Assembly: GCA_032718475.1 (NCBI GenBank)
Contig: JAUCBJ010007225.1
Coordinates: 1-56,582 of the forward strand
Direction of reading: 5' to 3'
Origin: Nemertoderma westbladi
Lineage: Eukaryota; Animalia; Xenacoelomorpha
DNA: 56,582 bases
A model generated the notes under the pieces. The model had not been told where the DNA came from. It did not search any database and saw only the letters and a program-made list of their open reading frames with translations. The position numbers were made by a program, and so were the translations under genes. Each line of letters opens with the position of its first letter. Within the stretch, counting starts at the first letter, position 1. Shown one piece after another: positions 1 through 11,773 of this stretch.

Positions 1-1214
1 AACAATGTTTGTACGCGAATTGATTGTCGGTTGTTATCAAATATGATTCTTATCTAGAAAGAACTACATTCAAACACTTTACTAATCATTGTCGCTATAG
101 CAATACCCCTATAATTTGACTTGTCGTCAATGGGACCATTCTTTTTATTTTATTTATCCAAATTGTTCGGCGACATGCTGGTAAATGTAGAAATTAGAAC
201 GCTCAGCTCTCACACTTATTTCACACTAGTAACTACTGTAATAGTTATTTGATCATTTATGGCGATATTTAATTTGGTGTTTTAATTTTGATTATTAATA
301 TTAATTTGTATTAAATGCAGAATTTTTGAAAATTTTTCGCATATTTCTATGCTCGTAACGTCACACCAATCTGCTTCCACGATTAAGTATTGTCGTTAGT
401 AATTAGTCATTAATTTTAAATTATTTAAATCGTTGTTTAAATTGTCGTCAATTTAAATTGCTGTATATGTGATCAAGATATACAACTTACAATTAACATA
501 AGTAGGTTTTATTACTACATGCGCATTGTAGTCTAATTAATACCTATGCAGTAATAAATGGCTAATAAATAATTACATACCCAATCGTAACCTTCTACAA
601 GACGTTACTCTAGTTTGTAGCTCAGACTACTTGGCCTAACCCGTTGTTGCCCGTAGTTACCAGAACATTCCCTTGCCAGTTCTAATAAACAAAGGCGGCC
701 GGTGAAAGCGCAATACGAGTTTCAACGCACTTATCCTTTTGTCCAGGAGCTTTATCGTAATTGTAGATTACTGAGAGAGGGTCGACTCGAAACAAGAAAC
801 GTTCCACGAAGAACTCCGTTACCCCTGAGCCACACCAGGCTTTGCAATTCGTCGGTACCTTTAAGACGGGACACCGTTAACAATAGCGAACTGGTAATTG
901 GACTGGTTGTCTACTACTGTTACTAATTCCACTGGGACTGACTTTGGAAGTGCTCTCTTCGTTATGTTTTTTTTTATTTTTTTATTTAATCAATTAACTG
1001 TACCCAATTAAGGGTCTACTTAAAATTGCACAACTCCAGTATACGCAGTACTTAAATTAGACTAGACATGAATTTATACATTATTAAATACAATTACCGG
1101 ATTATAATATAACAGAATGGCCCAGCAGAGCAAATATAAACAATAAACCGTTCAACCATTATTATAGTAATAATATCGATTATTTAGAAATTGAAATTTA
1201 TAATGAGCACTTAA

Positions 1215-2277
1215 TTATTCTATATCACCCAGGGAGATTATAATGTCTTTTTGACTTTCCTGGACATTAAATTCGAACTCGTGACCACGTTCAATACGGG
1301 AATGATGGGGGATACGTGTAGGTAATGGTACCGCAGCGCGTTCCACTAGAGCTCGGTCACATCCTTCACTTCGCGACAAAGGAGGTTGATAATTACCGCT
1401 ATTTTTATTATTATTACTACCGGCCGACACTTCTCGATCACGAAATACATTAATTTCACCAAGATGGGCTTGTCTAGGGATGTTTATAGCTGTTTATTTA
1501 GGACGGCAGACTTGTGAATAACTTCCAGGTCCGTGTCTTTGCGTCGCCACAACATCTCGCTCCATATGTTTGGTGGCCTGCTCCACGGTCGACATTCCAT
1601 TACGACCACTCGAATAACCTCCCTGGTGAGCACTGGTAATTGCAGCTCCAATGCGCTGCCCAAAGTCACCTCGTAATCCATTGACTGCCGCAATGCCATT
1701 CCGACTTGGGAAAGCGTAACCACGTTGGTATCCGCCGTGATGCTCATGCCGGCCTCCCCGCCCCGTCCGCTACCGTTACCCTGTTGGTAGTTGAAGTTAC
1801 TGTCTCCCAGACGTTTTCTGGGACCTAGCTGGGTATCCTGTCCCTGGTTGTTGATGGGATTCGTTCCTCGCCCGCGGCCTCTACATCGGTAAGGCACTTA
1901 TTCCAAGGCCCATCTCCTATGTCCGCGGTAGAGCGCTCAGCCGTATCGTGCGTGCTAGTACTAGTAGGATGGGTTACACCTTGAGATGGGGCCCTTCGAC
2001 CGGCAGCGACTGATAAGTTGATCTAATGATATTTCTTTTTCCTCAGGTAGATCCCAACCAGACACTTTATTTCCTTCAATAAACAAAGTATGTTTCGAGA
2101 CATTTGCCCTGTAACCATGGTCTCTAGCCTCTCTCTGCAACTTGAAAAGCTCCTTGCGTTGCTGGCGGATTTCAACGGGGAAATTTTCTTGGATCCGATA
2201 TCGGGTTCCAATTAGTTGCTTTGCTGCCTTCCATACTAAGTTGCGGTGTTTCGTGAGTAGGAACTCTACTTTAATAA
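1215..2277 (-). pseudogene. 3' part of a LINE ORF1-like (RRM/CTD type) gene split by the Academ insertion, followed by a frameshifted Gly/Arg/Asn-rich tail
   Basis: Manual translation from the junction gives IKVEFLLTKHRNLVWKAAKQLIGTRYRIQENFPVEIRQQRKELFKLQREARDHGYRANVSKHTLFIEG, the typical C-terminal pattern of LINE ORF1 proteins. Downstream ORF fragments 1484-1897 (RGRGRG) and 1215-1430. Confidence 0.7.
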
Positions 2278-2346
2278 TAGTCTGGTCGATTTAGGAGCAA
2301 TTTTAGGTGTACCCGGAAAAAAATGTTACCAAGCCAAATTTGGTAT
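2278..2346 (+). repeat. Left bipartite terminal inverted repeat of the Academ element
   Basis: 13-bp outer block 2278-2290 plus 39-bp inner block 2308-2346 (TGTACCCGGAAAAAAATGTTACCAAGC...), inverted at 8654-8712. Confidence 0.92.
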
Positions 2347-3242
2347 AATTAGAAGCGCAAATTTATGCTCTTTAAGAATATCGAAAGTCCTCCGCACCAT
2401 ACCTTGGGCAACTTTTTTTATAGCCACTTTTGTGAACCCTATCCATAAGTAAAATCAATTCAAATTTACTTGATCTTCACTTGGAATATTTCATCGTTGC
2501 TAAGAGACAATGTAATATTTAATATTCTTATCTGTTAATTACATACATAATTGTATACATAATGTTAATTGAAATTTACCGGTGTTAGCTAGTAGTTTAT
2601 CCCACTCACGCCTGGTTGCTGGCGTTATATTGGTTCCAAGGCAAGCAAAGCTTGAATTTGACCTATTATTTTTATTATTACGTTCTCCAAACTTAGTAAT
2701 GAGTTAGATCTGGGGTCTAGTTATACATGGCTTGACTCATCAACTGAACATGCTGTAAGGGACATGCCTATCAAAAGACTCGACTGGCTTGTATGCACAC
2801 TAGTTGGACACTGAAAATATAATGGGGTATGGTAAATTCCATATAGACATCATCTCAACATTTCACAATAAAAAATTTCGTTCTTTATTCGTCACTTTCG
2901 GGCACCGGTAGGACACTTAGCTATTATGGTAGCTAGCTAATTTTTCAAAAAATTCAATATTAATTTTTTTAAATGCAAATATTTCATGATTAAATTATTT
3001 CTCGACATCGATGCAACATTAAATAATCAAAATATTATATTCTGGAACACTGCTGTGGTAGCTAGTAAAAATTTGTCAAAACCTAATAGGCAATTATTTT
3101 AGTAAGTTTAAATTTTAATAAGTTAGTACCGGTAGTAAGTAAGTTTTGTAAGTTTTCTAATGCAAATTTTATACTTGGAAATACATTATAAAGTGATTCT
3201 ATCATGTTTTCTTTCTGTTTTAAAAAATGTTCTACAAATTAA

Positions 3243-3453
3243 GTAGATATGTTTTTTTTTATGGTAGCTAGTATTTTTTTACTAGCTAGTATTTATTGAA
3301 ATTATAAAAAAAATGTCAAAAAATTTATATTTCAGGTTTAAACTACAACAGGATAACCAAATGTTTACAGTTTATATAAAATTTTTTTAATTACAAAAAA
3401 TACTAGCTAGTAAAAAATAACACTACAGTAGCTACCATAAAAAACATATCTAC
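3243..3453. repeat. Imperfect internal inverted repeat within the Academ 5' region
   Basis: GTAGATATGTTTTT...ATGGTAGCTAGT...TTTACTAGCTAGTATTT mirrored by AAATACTAGCTAGTAAA...TAGCTACCATAAAAAACATATCTAC. Confidence 0.7.
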
Positions 3454-3783
3454 GAATTTTATAGACCATTCAACAAAACCAAAAAAACGTTAAAAAACAC
3501 TATTAAAGGAATGGTGAAAAAATGGCAGGGGGTGTCGACAGGACAAAGTATGGACCCTTTTTGCTTTACTAGCGCCCATGGATCTCTTTTTGAGGAACAT
3601 TCTCACATGAATTAACTACATAAAATCTGTAGAGATGAAATATGAAATCTTGGATACAGTCCACACCAATGTCAAAAAATGAATAATAAAAATAATTTAT
3701 AATTTGAAATCTAATGGTCCATGAATGTATATTTTTCTTTTGATATACCAGTACAGTAGCAATATTTTATATTAATATTACAA

Positions 3784-4206
3784 ATGAACATGGAAGAAGT
3801 AAGTAAGAAAGCAAAATTTAATGGAAATAATATGTGTGTTATTTGTGGCACACAATTCCAGTCTGTGGCTGATCAAGTAACTGTTACTCGTGGACTGCCT
3901 AATCTCATAACTTATAGTGAGCTGCATGGTATAGAGGATCTTCACAGACATCTTGTTCAACTGTCTACTACTGTACCTCCTGGCGTCGTTCTTGTTCACA
4001 AAGAATGCCGTCGCCAATTTGTTGATTCAAAACGTTTAAAACCTACAGATGAACATGAACAACAATCATCATCATTCACCAAGAGGCAGAAACTTCGTTC
4101 CACATTCTGCGAATTTCAGTGGAAGATGCACTGCTTTTTCTGTGGATGTGAAGATCAGCTGCAAAGATCATTAAGGCGCAGATCAGAGAAATGTCTTTTA
4201 ATATGA
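3784..4206 (+). CDS. N-terminal Cys/His fragment of the Academ transposase, out of frame with the main ORF
   Basis: CVICG...HKECRRQF...KLRS...FQWKMHCFFCG motifs inside the TIRs, directly upstream of the long ORF. Confidence 0.7.
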   Translation: MNMEEVSKKAKFNGNNMCVICGTQFQSVADQVTVTRGLPNLITYSELHGIEDLHRHLVQLSTTVPPGVVLVHKECRRQFVDSKRLKPTDEHEQQSSSFTKRQKLRSTFCEFQWKMHCFFCGCEDQLQRSLRRRSEKCLLI

Positions 4207-7200
4207 ATTCGTACCCATCAAATCATGAGATTCACGATGTTGATGCTGCACTTCAGTGGTTGCCCCCCCCATTGTTGCAAGTATTTTTGAAGAATATTGT
4301 TAAATCACCAATTAAACAGGCATCCATTGGACATTGTTTAGTACATTCTGCCAGACCTCGGTCAGTGATACCACCTTTGTTGCTCGGATTGGGTGTAGAA
4401 TTAGACTTTATCTTCGGGTCAAAATGGTTAGTTAATGAACTTTTTAGACTGGGATACTCTGTTTCTTATGATGAAGTTACTAGATTTAAGCAGAACGCAA
4501 TTATCTCGACTAACTTCAATGATGTCTTACCCAAGTACCCTGACAGTGTGACCCAGTGGGTGGCAGATAATGTTGATCATAATGTGTGTACATTGGATGG
4601 TAAAGACACCTTCCATGGTATGGGGATAATTGCAGTATCCACACCACTCAGTGAGCAACGTCCACGTAGGGTAAGTCCACCTGTGTCACGCCAAAAGATC
4701 ATAAAAGTCGGGACAGCAGTTGCAAACAAAAGCATTCCAATTACTTGGTATCATGAGACGTCCGCGCATGGTTTGGCATCAGAAAAGTTCAAGCCTTTGA
4801 TACAGCTTCAATTTCCATACATTCTACCACTGTCAAACAGTTGCGATTTGCTGTGGCATGCTGCATGGCAGTTTACCAATAGGGATAACCCTCGGCCAAA
4901 CTGGACAGGTTTCGTCCAAGATGTATCTACTGGATCCTACCTTCCACCCTCTGACATAACTATGATGCCGATTATTGATTTGAAACCTTCAGATGATAGT
5001 TGTATATACTCTACACTGTTATTTGTTAAAAACCAAGCAGAACATCTCAATATTCCAACTCCTTGCATCACCTTTGACCAACCCTTGTGGAGAAAAGCTG
5101 TAGAAATTATTGATGCAAAATCAATGGGCATAGTTTGCCGGCTGGGAGGTTTTCATATGATGATGAGCTTTTTAGGAAGCATTGGCAGTTTAATGAATGG
5201 TTCTGGATTGTCTGAGCTGTTAAATACAATCTATGGTGTGAACTCAGTCCCACATATTCTTTCTGGAAAGGCTATATCAAGAGCAATACGGGCGCACTTC
5301 ATAGTAGAAGCAGCTTTGATGATAAAAATTTTTGATACAGTTTTCCCACTAGCACCTGAAGTGGGAGAACCAACTGCCATGGGAGAGGGAGTCATAAGCA
5401 GCATGGATGAAGAAGAAAAGGGAAAGGATATAGGAAAACCAGCAGCAACTGAAGATGTTGAGAATCACCATAAGCGTACAGTGGAATTGAATCAAGATTT
5501 AACTGAAAAATTGGACCATGAAGAGGTGGAGGAGCTAAAGGAGTTGTATATGAAGCTCAGTACTCATGATATCAGCATTCATGATGTAAGTAATTCAACT
5601 CCACTTTTGAAACTGGAGAAAGTTCTTAATTGTGTAATGAATGAACTAAAGGAAAGATCTAGAACAGCAAAGTTGTGGCTTTCTTATATTGAGTGTGTTA
5701 ACACCCTGAAGTTGTTCATTCGTGCAGAGAGAACCGGAGATTGGAATACGCATCTTGTAGCAGTTGGGAGGATGATAAATATATTTGCGGCAACAGGACA
5801 TTTTAATTATGCGAAGAGTGCTCGTTTGTATTTGCAATGGATGCTGGAATTGCCTAAAAAACACCAATGGTTGTATCGGCAGTTCTCACAGTATGGGTTT
5901 CACTCTGTGCGGCGCAGTGATCGTTACTGGGCCAGCTTATGGACTAATCTTATCATCGAACAAGTCATGATGAGATCTATCAAGAGCAGAGGAGGTCTTA
6001 CTAGAGGTCGAGGGATTACAGAATCTGTTAGATTGATGTGGGTATACAGTATCCATGAATGTGCCCAAGTGCATTATGCCATGACCACACTGACAGGACA
6101 TTCTCACAGGACCAGTGAACAGCATGTGGAGCTTACTACCGCAAGAAGAACAAGGGATTTTGACGACATGGTTGAAATTATCAATTGGATATCCCAACAT
6201 AACCCATTTGACTCAAACCTCCCTGGGTTGAGATCATTATCATCAGGTTTAACGGCTTCTGATGGCGATGGCATAAATTGTGATGATGTAGAGGCAGTTG
6301 GTCATTCTATCCAAAAGAATCTCGATAATGTGAGCGTTTTGGAGAGCTCACTGAAAAGAAGTGATCAAATTTCCACCCTAATAAACTTAGAGAAATGCAT
6401 AAAGATTGAAGGACAAGCTATTCATATTGATCCAAATGCTTTGTTTTCCCGACTTATCATTGTTATGGAAAGATGTGAAGATCTGACTCCGTATTTCAAA
6501 TTTGAGCTCACTCCTTTTCCAACTTCATTATTCAAGGATTCTCAAATGCGAAAAACAAACAAAGCGGTTCTAGCACATCACCTTACTGCTGGTATTCCAG
6601 AAACCCATTCACCAGAACATGCTTCACATGTTTTAGATGGTGGTGCTCTACTTCACAGGGTACGGTGGCTACCAAAAGGTATGTACAGAGATATAGTTGC
6701 TCAATATCTGAAATATATAGAAGCAAAGTATGGCCCATCCAACATTGTTTTTGATGGATACAATGCGGGCCCATCAATAAAAGACCAAGAACATCAGCGA
6801 CGGGCAAGGAAAACATCTGCCAACATTCAAATTCGTGATGACTTGCAAGTAGCTGTCCCTCAGAATCTGTTTTTGTACAATGAGATGAATAAAGATCAGT
6901 TGATAAAGATGTTGTCTCGCCTCTTTACAGCAAATGGACACTCAGTAGTTCAAAGTAAAGGCGATGCTGATACAGATATTGTCTTTGAAGCACTGCGATT
7001 GGCTGCAAAAGGAGACACTGTGATTGTGGAAGCTGATGACACCGATGTTCTTGTTCTTTTGCTGTACCATTGGTGTCCAGACATGGCTGACGTATATTTT
7101 CATTCTGACCGAAAACGGTTGAAAGGCAAGGATGCAACTCTGGTTAGAATTCGAGACATAGTAGAAAAAATTAGCTCAGATGTAATCCATAATCTACTTG

Positions 7201-7859
7201 TAATTCACGCTTGGGGTGGATGTGACTCAACTTCTGCAATTTTTGGGTATGGAAAATGTGAGCTAATTAAACTCATTCACAGATCACAAGAGATCCTTCG
7301 CTGTTGTGAAACGATAAATAATGAAAATTCTTTACAAACCGATGTTGCGAGTGCAGGGCAAAAGATATTTAATAAAATGTATTCCGGAAAACCTGGGGAT
7401 TCACTTGATACACTCAGATATATCCGATATATGGAGTTTACTGCGACATCAACCAAGAAGTTGCAACCTGATCGACTTCCCCCGACTGAACGAGCAGCCT
7501 TATTCCACTCCCTTCGCGTTCACCTGCAAGTTGTTGTTTGGAAGAGTCTTGGTAAGTGTCTACTGGATCCTTGCCAGTGGGGGTGGGAGGTGAAGAATGA
7601 CAAGTATATACCTGTAATGACGGATTTAGATCCTGCTCCAGAGGAAATTCTCAATTTTATAAGATGTAAGTGTAAGATCTCGTCGAGAAATTGCTGTGGC
7701 ACAAAGCTATGTTCTTGTCGAAAACACGGGCTGACATGTGTAACTGCTTGCAGTGACTGCCGAGGAACTGATTGCAGTAATATCACCCAAGTCGTGCTAG
7801 ACCAAGAAGGAGAAGCGGACGAATATGAAGATGGTGCAACGTTCTATAGTTCTGGATAG
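4191..7859 (+). CDS. Academ transposase with XPG/FEN1-like nuclease and C-terminal Cys-rich (CXC-like) domain, 1222 aa
   Basis: Transposase motifs WVADNVDH...TFHGMG, FDQPLW, RLGGFH, IEQVMMRSIK. XPG-like motifs DGGALL, VFDGY, GDADTDI, ADDTDVLVLL, GGCDSTS, GYGK. C-terminal CKC...CSCRKHGLTCVTACSDC. Confidence 0.88.
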   Translation: MSFNMNSYPSNHEIHDVDAALQWLPPPLLQVFLKNIVKSPIKQASIGHCLVHSARPRSVIPPLLLGLGVELDFIFGSKWLVNELFRLGYSVSYDEVTRFKQNAIISTNFNDVLPKYPDSVTQWVADNVDHNVCTLDGKDTFHGMGIIAVSTPLSEQRPRRVSPPVSRQKIIKVGTAVANKSIPITWYHETSAHGLASEKFKPLIQLQFPYILPLSNSCDLLWHAAWQFTNRDNPRPNWTGFVQDVSTGSYLPPSDITMMPIIDLKPSDDSCIYSTLLFVKNQAEHLNIPTPCITFDQPLWRKAVEIIDAKSMGIVCRLGGFHMMMSFLGSIGSLMNGSGLSELLNTIYGVNSVPHILSGKAISRAIRAHFIVEAALMIKIFDTVFPLAPEVGEPTAMGEGVISSMDEEEKGKDIGKPAATEDVENHHKRTVELNQDLTEKLDHEEVEELKELYMKLSTHDISIHDVSNSTPLLKLEKVLNCVMNELKERSRTAKLWLSYIECVNTLKLFIRAERTGDWNTHLVAVGRMINIFAATGHFNYAKSARLYLQWMLELPKKHQWLYRQFSQYGFHSVRRSDRYWASLWTNLIIEQVMMRSIKSRGGLTRGRGITESVRLMWVYSIHECAQVHYAMTTLTGHSHRTSEQHVELTTARRTRDFDDMVEIINWISQHNPFDSNLPGLRSLSSGLTASDGDGINCDDVEAVGHSIQKNLDNVSVLESSLKRSDQISTLINLEKCIKIEGQAIHIDPNALFSRLIIVMERCEDLTPYFKFELTPFPTSLFKDSQMRKTNKAVLAHHLTAGIPETHSPEHASHVLDGGALLHRVRWLPKGMYRDIVAQYLKYIEAKYGPSNIVFDGYNAGPSIKDQEHQRRARKTSANIQIRDDLQVAVPQNLFLYNEMNKDQLIKMLSRLFTANGHSVVQSKGDADTDIVFEALRLAAKGDTVIVEADDTDVLVLLLYHWCPDMADVYFHSDRKRLKGKDATLVRIRDIVEKISSDVIHNLLVIHAWGGCDSTSAIFGYGKCELIKLIHRSQEILRCCETINNENSLQTDVASAGQKIFNKMYSGKPGDSLDTLRYIRYMEFTATSTKKLQPDRLPPTERAALFHSLRVHLQVVVWKSLGKCLLDPCQWGWEVKNDKYIPVMTDLDPAPEEILNFIRCKCKISSRNCCGTKLCSCRKHGLTCVTACSDCRGTDCSNITQVVLDQEGEADEYEDGATFYSSG

Positions 7860-8302
7860 ATACTTTTATAATGGCTGAAATATTTTTTTAAGACAAATTA
7901 TTAAATTTTATTATTATAATATTAACAATTAATATTAACAAAAATACCATATTTTTACTATTAACTCTTTTCTAATAACATTATTATATTTATTTTTCTA
8001 TTTATTAACAATCTTTATTTATAAATAACATTAATTGTTTATTTAAGTAACATTAATTATTACAGGTATGGTTTAATAAACGGTGTATAGATGCAATTGT
8101 TCCACTAATAAAGGGTGATATTATTTATTATAATAACTTTGGTTCATGATAAACTCTAGGTATAATATACAATTTTCAATATTTCTATTATAAATTGATA
8201 ATATTTAATAATTATTATATTTTTGGTTTAATAAACTATCATTCCTTAATTTATTAATATTAATAGCGGGGATAGGAGTTACCATGGTAGGAGTAGGTGA
8301 AT

Positions 8303-8530
8303 ATATGGTGAATCTACCGGTTGCCATAGTAACTGAGACTTGAAAATTTTATCAATGAATTTTCCATAGCCGATATAGTGGGATTAGGAGTTGGTCCCGT
8401 TGCCTCAAGATGGCCAAATCGATGGTTGATATGGTGAATCTACCGGTTGCCATGGTAACTGAGAATTTAAAATATGTTCAATGAATTCTCCGTTGGTGAT
8501 ATAGTGGGGGTAGGAGCTAGCCCAGTTGCT
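8303..8530 (+). repeat. Subterminal direct repeat of the Academ element (~126-bp unit, about 2 copies)
   Basis: ATATGGTGAATCTACCGGTTGCCATRGTAACTGAGA...CAATGAATT...GATATAGTGGG at ~8303 and ~8429. Confidence 0.75.
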
Positions 8531-8653
8531 TTAAATGTAATTATATATATTCTTATATCGGTTGCTATGGAAACGGGATTTGTGAGAGTTGCCCACCCTA
8601 TTGAAGAGAGGACTTTTCAGATTTCGAAAGCGGGGATCCTAGCGATTCGAACC

Positions 8654-8712
8654 ATACCAAATATAGCTTGGTAACATTTTTTTCCGGGTACATTGTCTTA
8701 TCGACCAGACTA
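8654..8712 (-). repeat. Right bipartite terminal inverted repeat of the Academ element
   Basis: ATACCAAATATAGCTTGGTAACATTTTTTTCCGGGTACA (8654-8692) plus ATCGACCAGACTA (8700-8712). Confidence 0.92.
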
Positions 8713-9952
8713 TAAGGCAAGGGTTATCCCACCGGATATTTACCCCACCCGCCGCGCCCGCATGCAGACGATAGGCATCATCGATTAGTAGATCAGTGTC
8801 AACCCCAAGTACCTTGTAACAGAAGTTTAACACTACGCGTTCGGTATCCTCTATCTGCGACCCAACCTCCGGGATATTACCAAAGATTAGGCATTCTTAT
8901 TACTGAGCATTTCCGCTTCCACCTGTCTACGTAACAGGGTACCACAGCAGATCGAATTACAGTCTGCCTGTCTGTGAACTGATTCAAGAGAAGAGTTCGT
9001 TTTCTGAACAGTGGAAAGTATCTCGGGGATTAAATGTAAGTTTTCAAACTCACGAAGTCCTAAGAGAGCGCTGACTTCCCCTTCCATACCATGGAACTGC
9101 TGCTAACTCGCAAGCTTTTATGTGCTGTTCCGGTAATGGCCGAGGGTGGGACATTCTGCGGTTGCGCGATTTGGTTTCTGGAAGCGTTTCCAGATTGGCT
9201 ACTTTCAGATAGGCCTACAACATCATTATCTTCTGCCGGGTTCTGTAAGACATTCCAGCTATTGTGAAGCGGCGGGACTTCTCTGTCTGGGGTACGGGGG
9301 GGGCATTAGGCCTATTGCTTACGGTAGAATGTAAACGAAACCACCGTTTCAAAGCACAAAGCTTCAAAATACTGGTATTCAATAATATAATAATATCATT
9401 CAGATTTATCAGCAGTAACATAACTTCACCTGCCGTCGTGTTAGTGTAGATTAGTAGGGTATGGGCCTCTTTGGGGTTGCCATACTTAGCCATAAATACT
9501 GACCGAGCGCCAGCAAAGTGCAAAGTTTTTGCTTTTTTCCCACCTAGATCGCAGAGATACAAGCGGATCTCATCCCAACACTCTACTTTCGAAGCATCAA
9601 TATGGCAGCATTCCATTAAACGTTGGTGATTTCTTAACAATGTCACGCATTGTTTACCGAGTTCGGGTGGTGTTAATTTGGCACTGCTGATTTGCAATTC
9701 GATTAGTTATTTTTTATTTGTCACAGAAGCGACGTGCCCGCTTGCAGGCTTGTGAAGGTTGCGTTTTGATTTTTTACTGTCCAAGTCAACATTCTCGCCT
9801 TTCTCTGTCTCATATTGATGAATACCAATGATAATGAAATCTATAATGTTGGCAGTGGTAACAGGAGCTTGGTTTTTTCGCTGTTCCTTAAACATCTCCA
9901 AAACATAGTTTTGCCCTGTGCCCCACCACAATGACTCCTTCCTCCCCCCCAC
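8713..9952 (-). pseudogene. 5' part of the split LINE ORF1-like gene (frameshifted)
   Basis: ECLIFGNIPEVGSQIEDTERVVLNFCYKVLGVDTDLLIDDAYRL matches the ORF1 RRM pattern (NLxxxGIPE...IDxAHRL). It is preceded by same-strand fragments 8887-9087, 9215-9697 and 9707-9952, whose membership is less certain. Confidence 0.65.
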
Positions 9953-10519
9953 CGCCCAATCTCGACGACTTACTGTTCCTAACTTTTACATTTTTATCCA
10001 GTAGGCCTATAGGTAATGGGCACTCACTTTCAATTTGGTAGTGATTTGAAGTTCGCTTTTTATTATTATATATTAGGGAGTCTTCTTTTTTACTGTATAT
10101 TCACCGAGCCATTCGTGGTGTAATATTAACTTCACGACGAATTCTCCAATACCTTGTACTCGATAGACCGTCCTCAACCATAATTTTCAAAGCTTTGCGC
10201 TTACGAAGTAATGATACTGAGCGTCGTTTTTTCTTGACTATCTTTTTATTCGTATTATTTATTCTTAATTTAGACGAATGTCCGTTAGTAATTGCATTGT
10301 GAAATCATTGATTATGTCTAATATATATTATGTATATAAATTATATATATAATATTCTATATATTATGTAAAGGTTGTTGTTCTTATATAATATTGGTAA
10401 CAGTTCCGTATAGAACTGCATTTTTATAAAATAAATCATTGTTACCATGGCAACAGTGAAGAGTTCTAGAACAAAAAATATGTAATATACACTATTCTAG
10501 AACAAAAATAAAATAAAAA

Positions 10520-10965
10520 AATTATTGTTCTAGAACATATAGCTAGTAATTTTTTAAATTTAAAATAGCTAGTAATAAAAAACAATTTATTTATTTATAT
10601 TATTATTAAAAAATTTATCTAACGGTACCAAATTGTATTATTTGTTAAATTTACTAGCTATTTTAAAATTAAAAAAACTAGCTAGGCCTACAGTATATGT
10701 TTTAGAACATTATTATTTTTTATTTTATTTATTTAATATTATATGTATTATACACTATTCTAGAGCATAAATAATACAAATAATATAATCTTCTAGAACA
10801 TAAGGCTAGTTATTTTTCAAATTCAAAATATCTGGTAATACAAAAAAAAAATATTTATTTATATTACTTACTTATTAGAAAATTTATCTACCAAATTGGA
10901 TATTTTTTAATTTACTAGCTATTTTAAAATTAAAAAAAACTAGCTATATGTTCTAGAACATTATA
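10520..10965. repeat. Two tandem copies (~260 bp period) of an AT-rich hairpin unit
   Basis: TTCTAGAACAT..GCTAGT..TTAAAATAGCTAGTAA ... TTACTAGCTATTTTAA..ACTAGCTA..ATGTTCTAGAA at ~10527-10710 and ~10791-10961. Confidence 0.7.
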
Positions 10966-11773
10966 TTTTTCATTTTATTTATGTTCTAGATTAGATTGAT
11001 TGAGATTGATATTCCAGATTATGATGCATTTATTAAATAGAATAAAATAGCCTCGCGCCGGTGCATATCCGTGCAACATTTAATGCCCATATCTCAGCTA
11101 ATTTTCAACGAAATTCAAATTGTGTTACATATTTGGAATCATTGCATGACCAGCTTTCCATTGGTACCAAGCTATAAGGCTACAGCTATATATAGCTACA
11201 GATATAAGGTAGAAGAATAACTGCGGTGTAACTGGTGTAATATCGCTGGAGAAACTTGTTTAAACGCTTGTAGCTAAAGATTGAAAACAAAAATAAAAAT
11301 TCTGGTTCACCCAGTCAGTGGTCGGGAGGTGAAACTATCTCTGTTTCAAATTTGATGCCATCTAATTAAGATTTGTAGAAAAATTAGGGGGGGGGGGGGG
11401 TGTCACTGAATTACGACACTATATTCTGGGACATGGTGTATACACATACAGAAACTTGTTGCTCAAGAAAATAACAATTATTTCAAAATAAATAGCTAAT
11501 ATGTAAAGTCATGTTAGTCGTGTTAGTCATGTCACTAGTAACCCACAACAACACTGATAATAGTTCTAGAACCAAAAATTAAAATTCTTGAATTCAAGCA
11601 TTACAAAATAACTTTACCAGAAAATTTTTCTACTATATCGCAGTAACGCACCAAACGCATCTAGGCCAATGTAAAATCTTAGTTTATCTGCAGAGGAATT
11701 CTAAGGGGAACTGCATGTCCATATTACCTGTACCACGTAGAATGTACAGTACTACGAAGATACAGCATAAAAA

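Larger units (their letters stand above)
2278..8712 (+). mobile_element. Academ-superfamily DNA transposon (XPG-nuclease type)
   Basis: Termini TAGTCTGGTCGAT / ATCGACCAGACTA, 3-bp TSD TAA at 2275-2277 and 8713-8715, a second inner inverted repeat, and a transposase + XPG-like + Cys-rich protein. Removing it restores the host reading frame. Confidence 0.9.

Noticed and set aside
702-960. ORF 702-926 and an opposite-strand open frame
   Set aside because: Short, with no ATG or motif. It cannot be assigned as an exon or TE fragment.
2308-8692. Inner 39-bp inverted repeat as the Academ termini
   Set aside because: No TSD flanks it. The outer TAG...CTA ends have a TAA TSD and restore the host frame.
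9322-9429. Intron in the ORF1-like gene (minus strand CAG|GTGAAG...TTTACATTCTACCG)
   Set aside because: AT-rich and donor-like, but the acceptor would be CG rather than AG, so it cannot be supported without transcripts.
11070-11442. Tc1/mariner-like end (...CTGGGACATGGTG|TA)
   Set aside because: It resembles a DNA transposon terminus but no matching inverted end was found.
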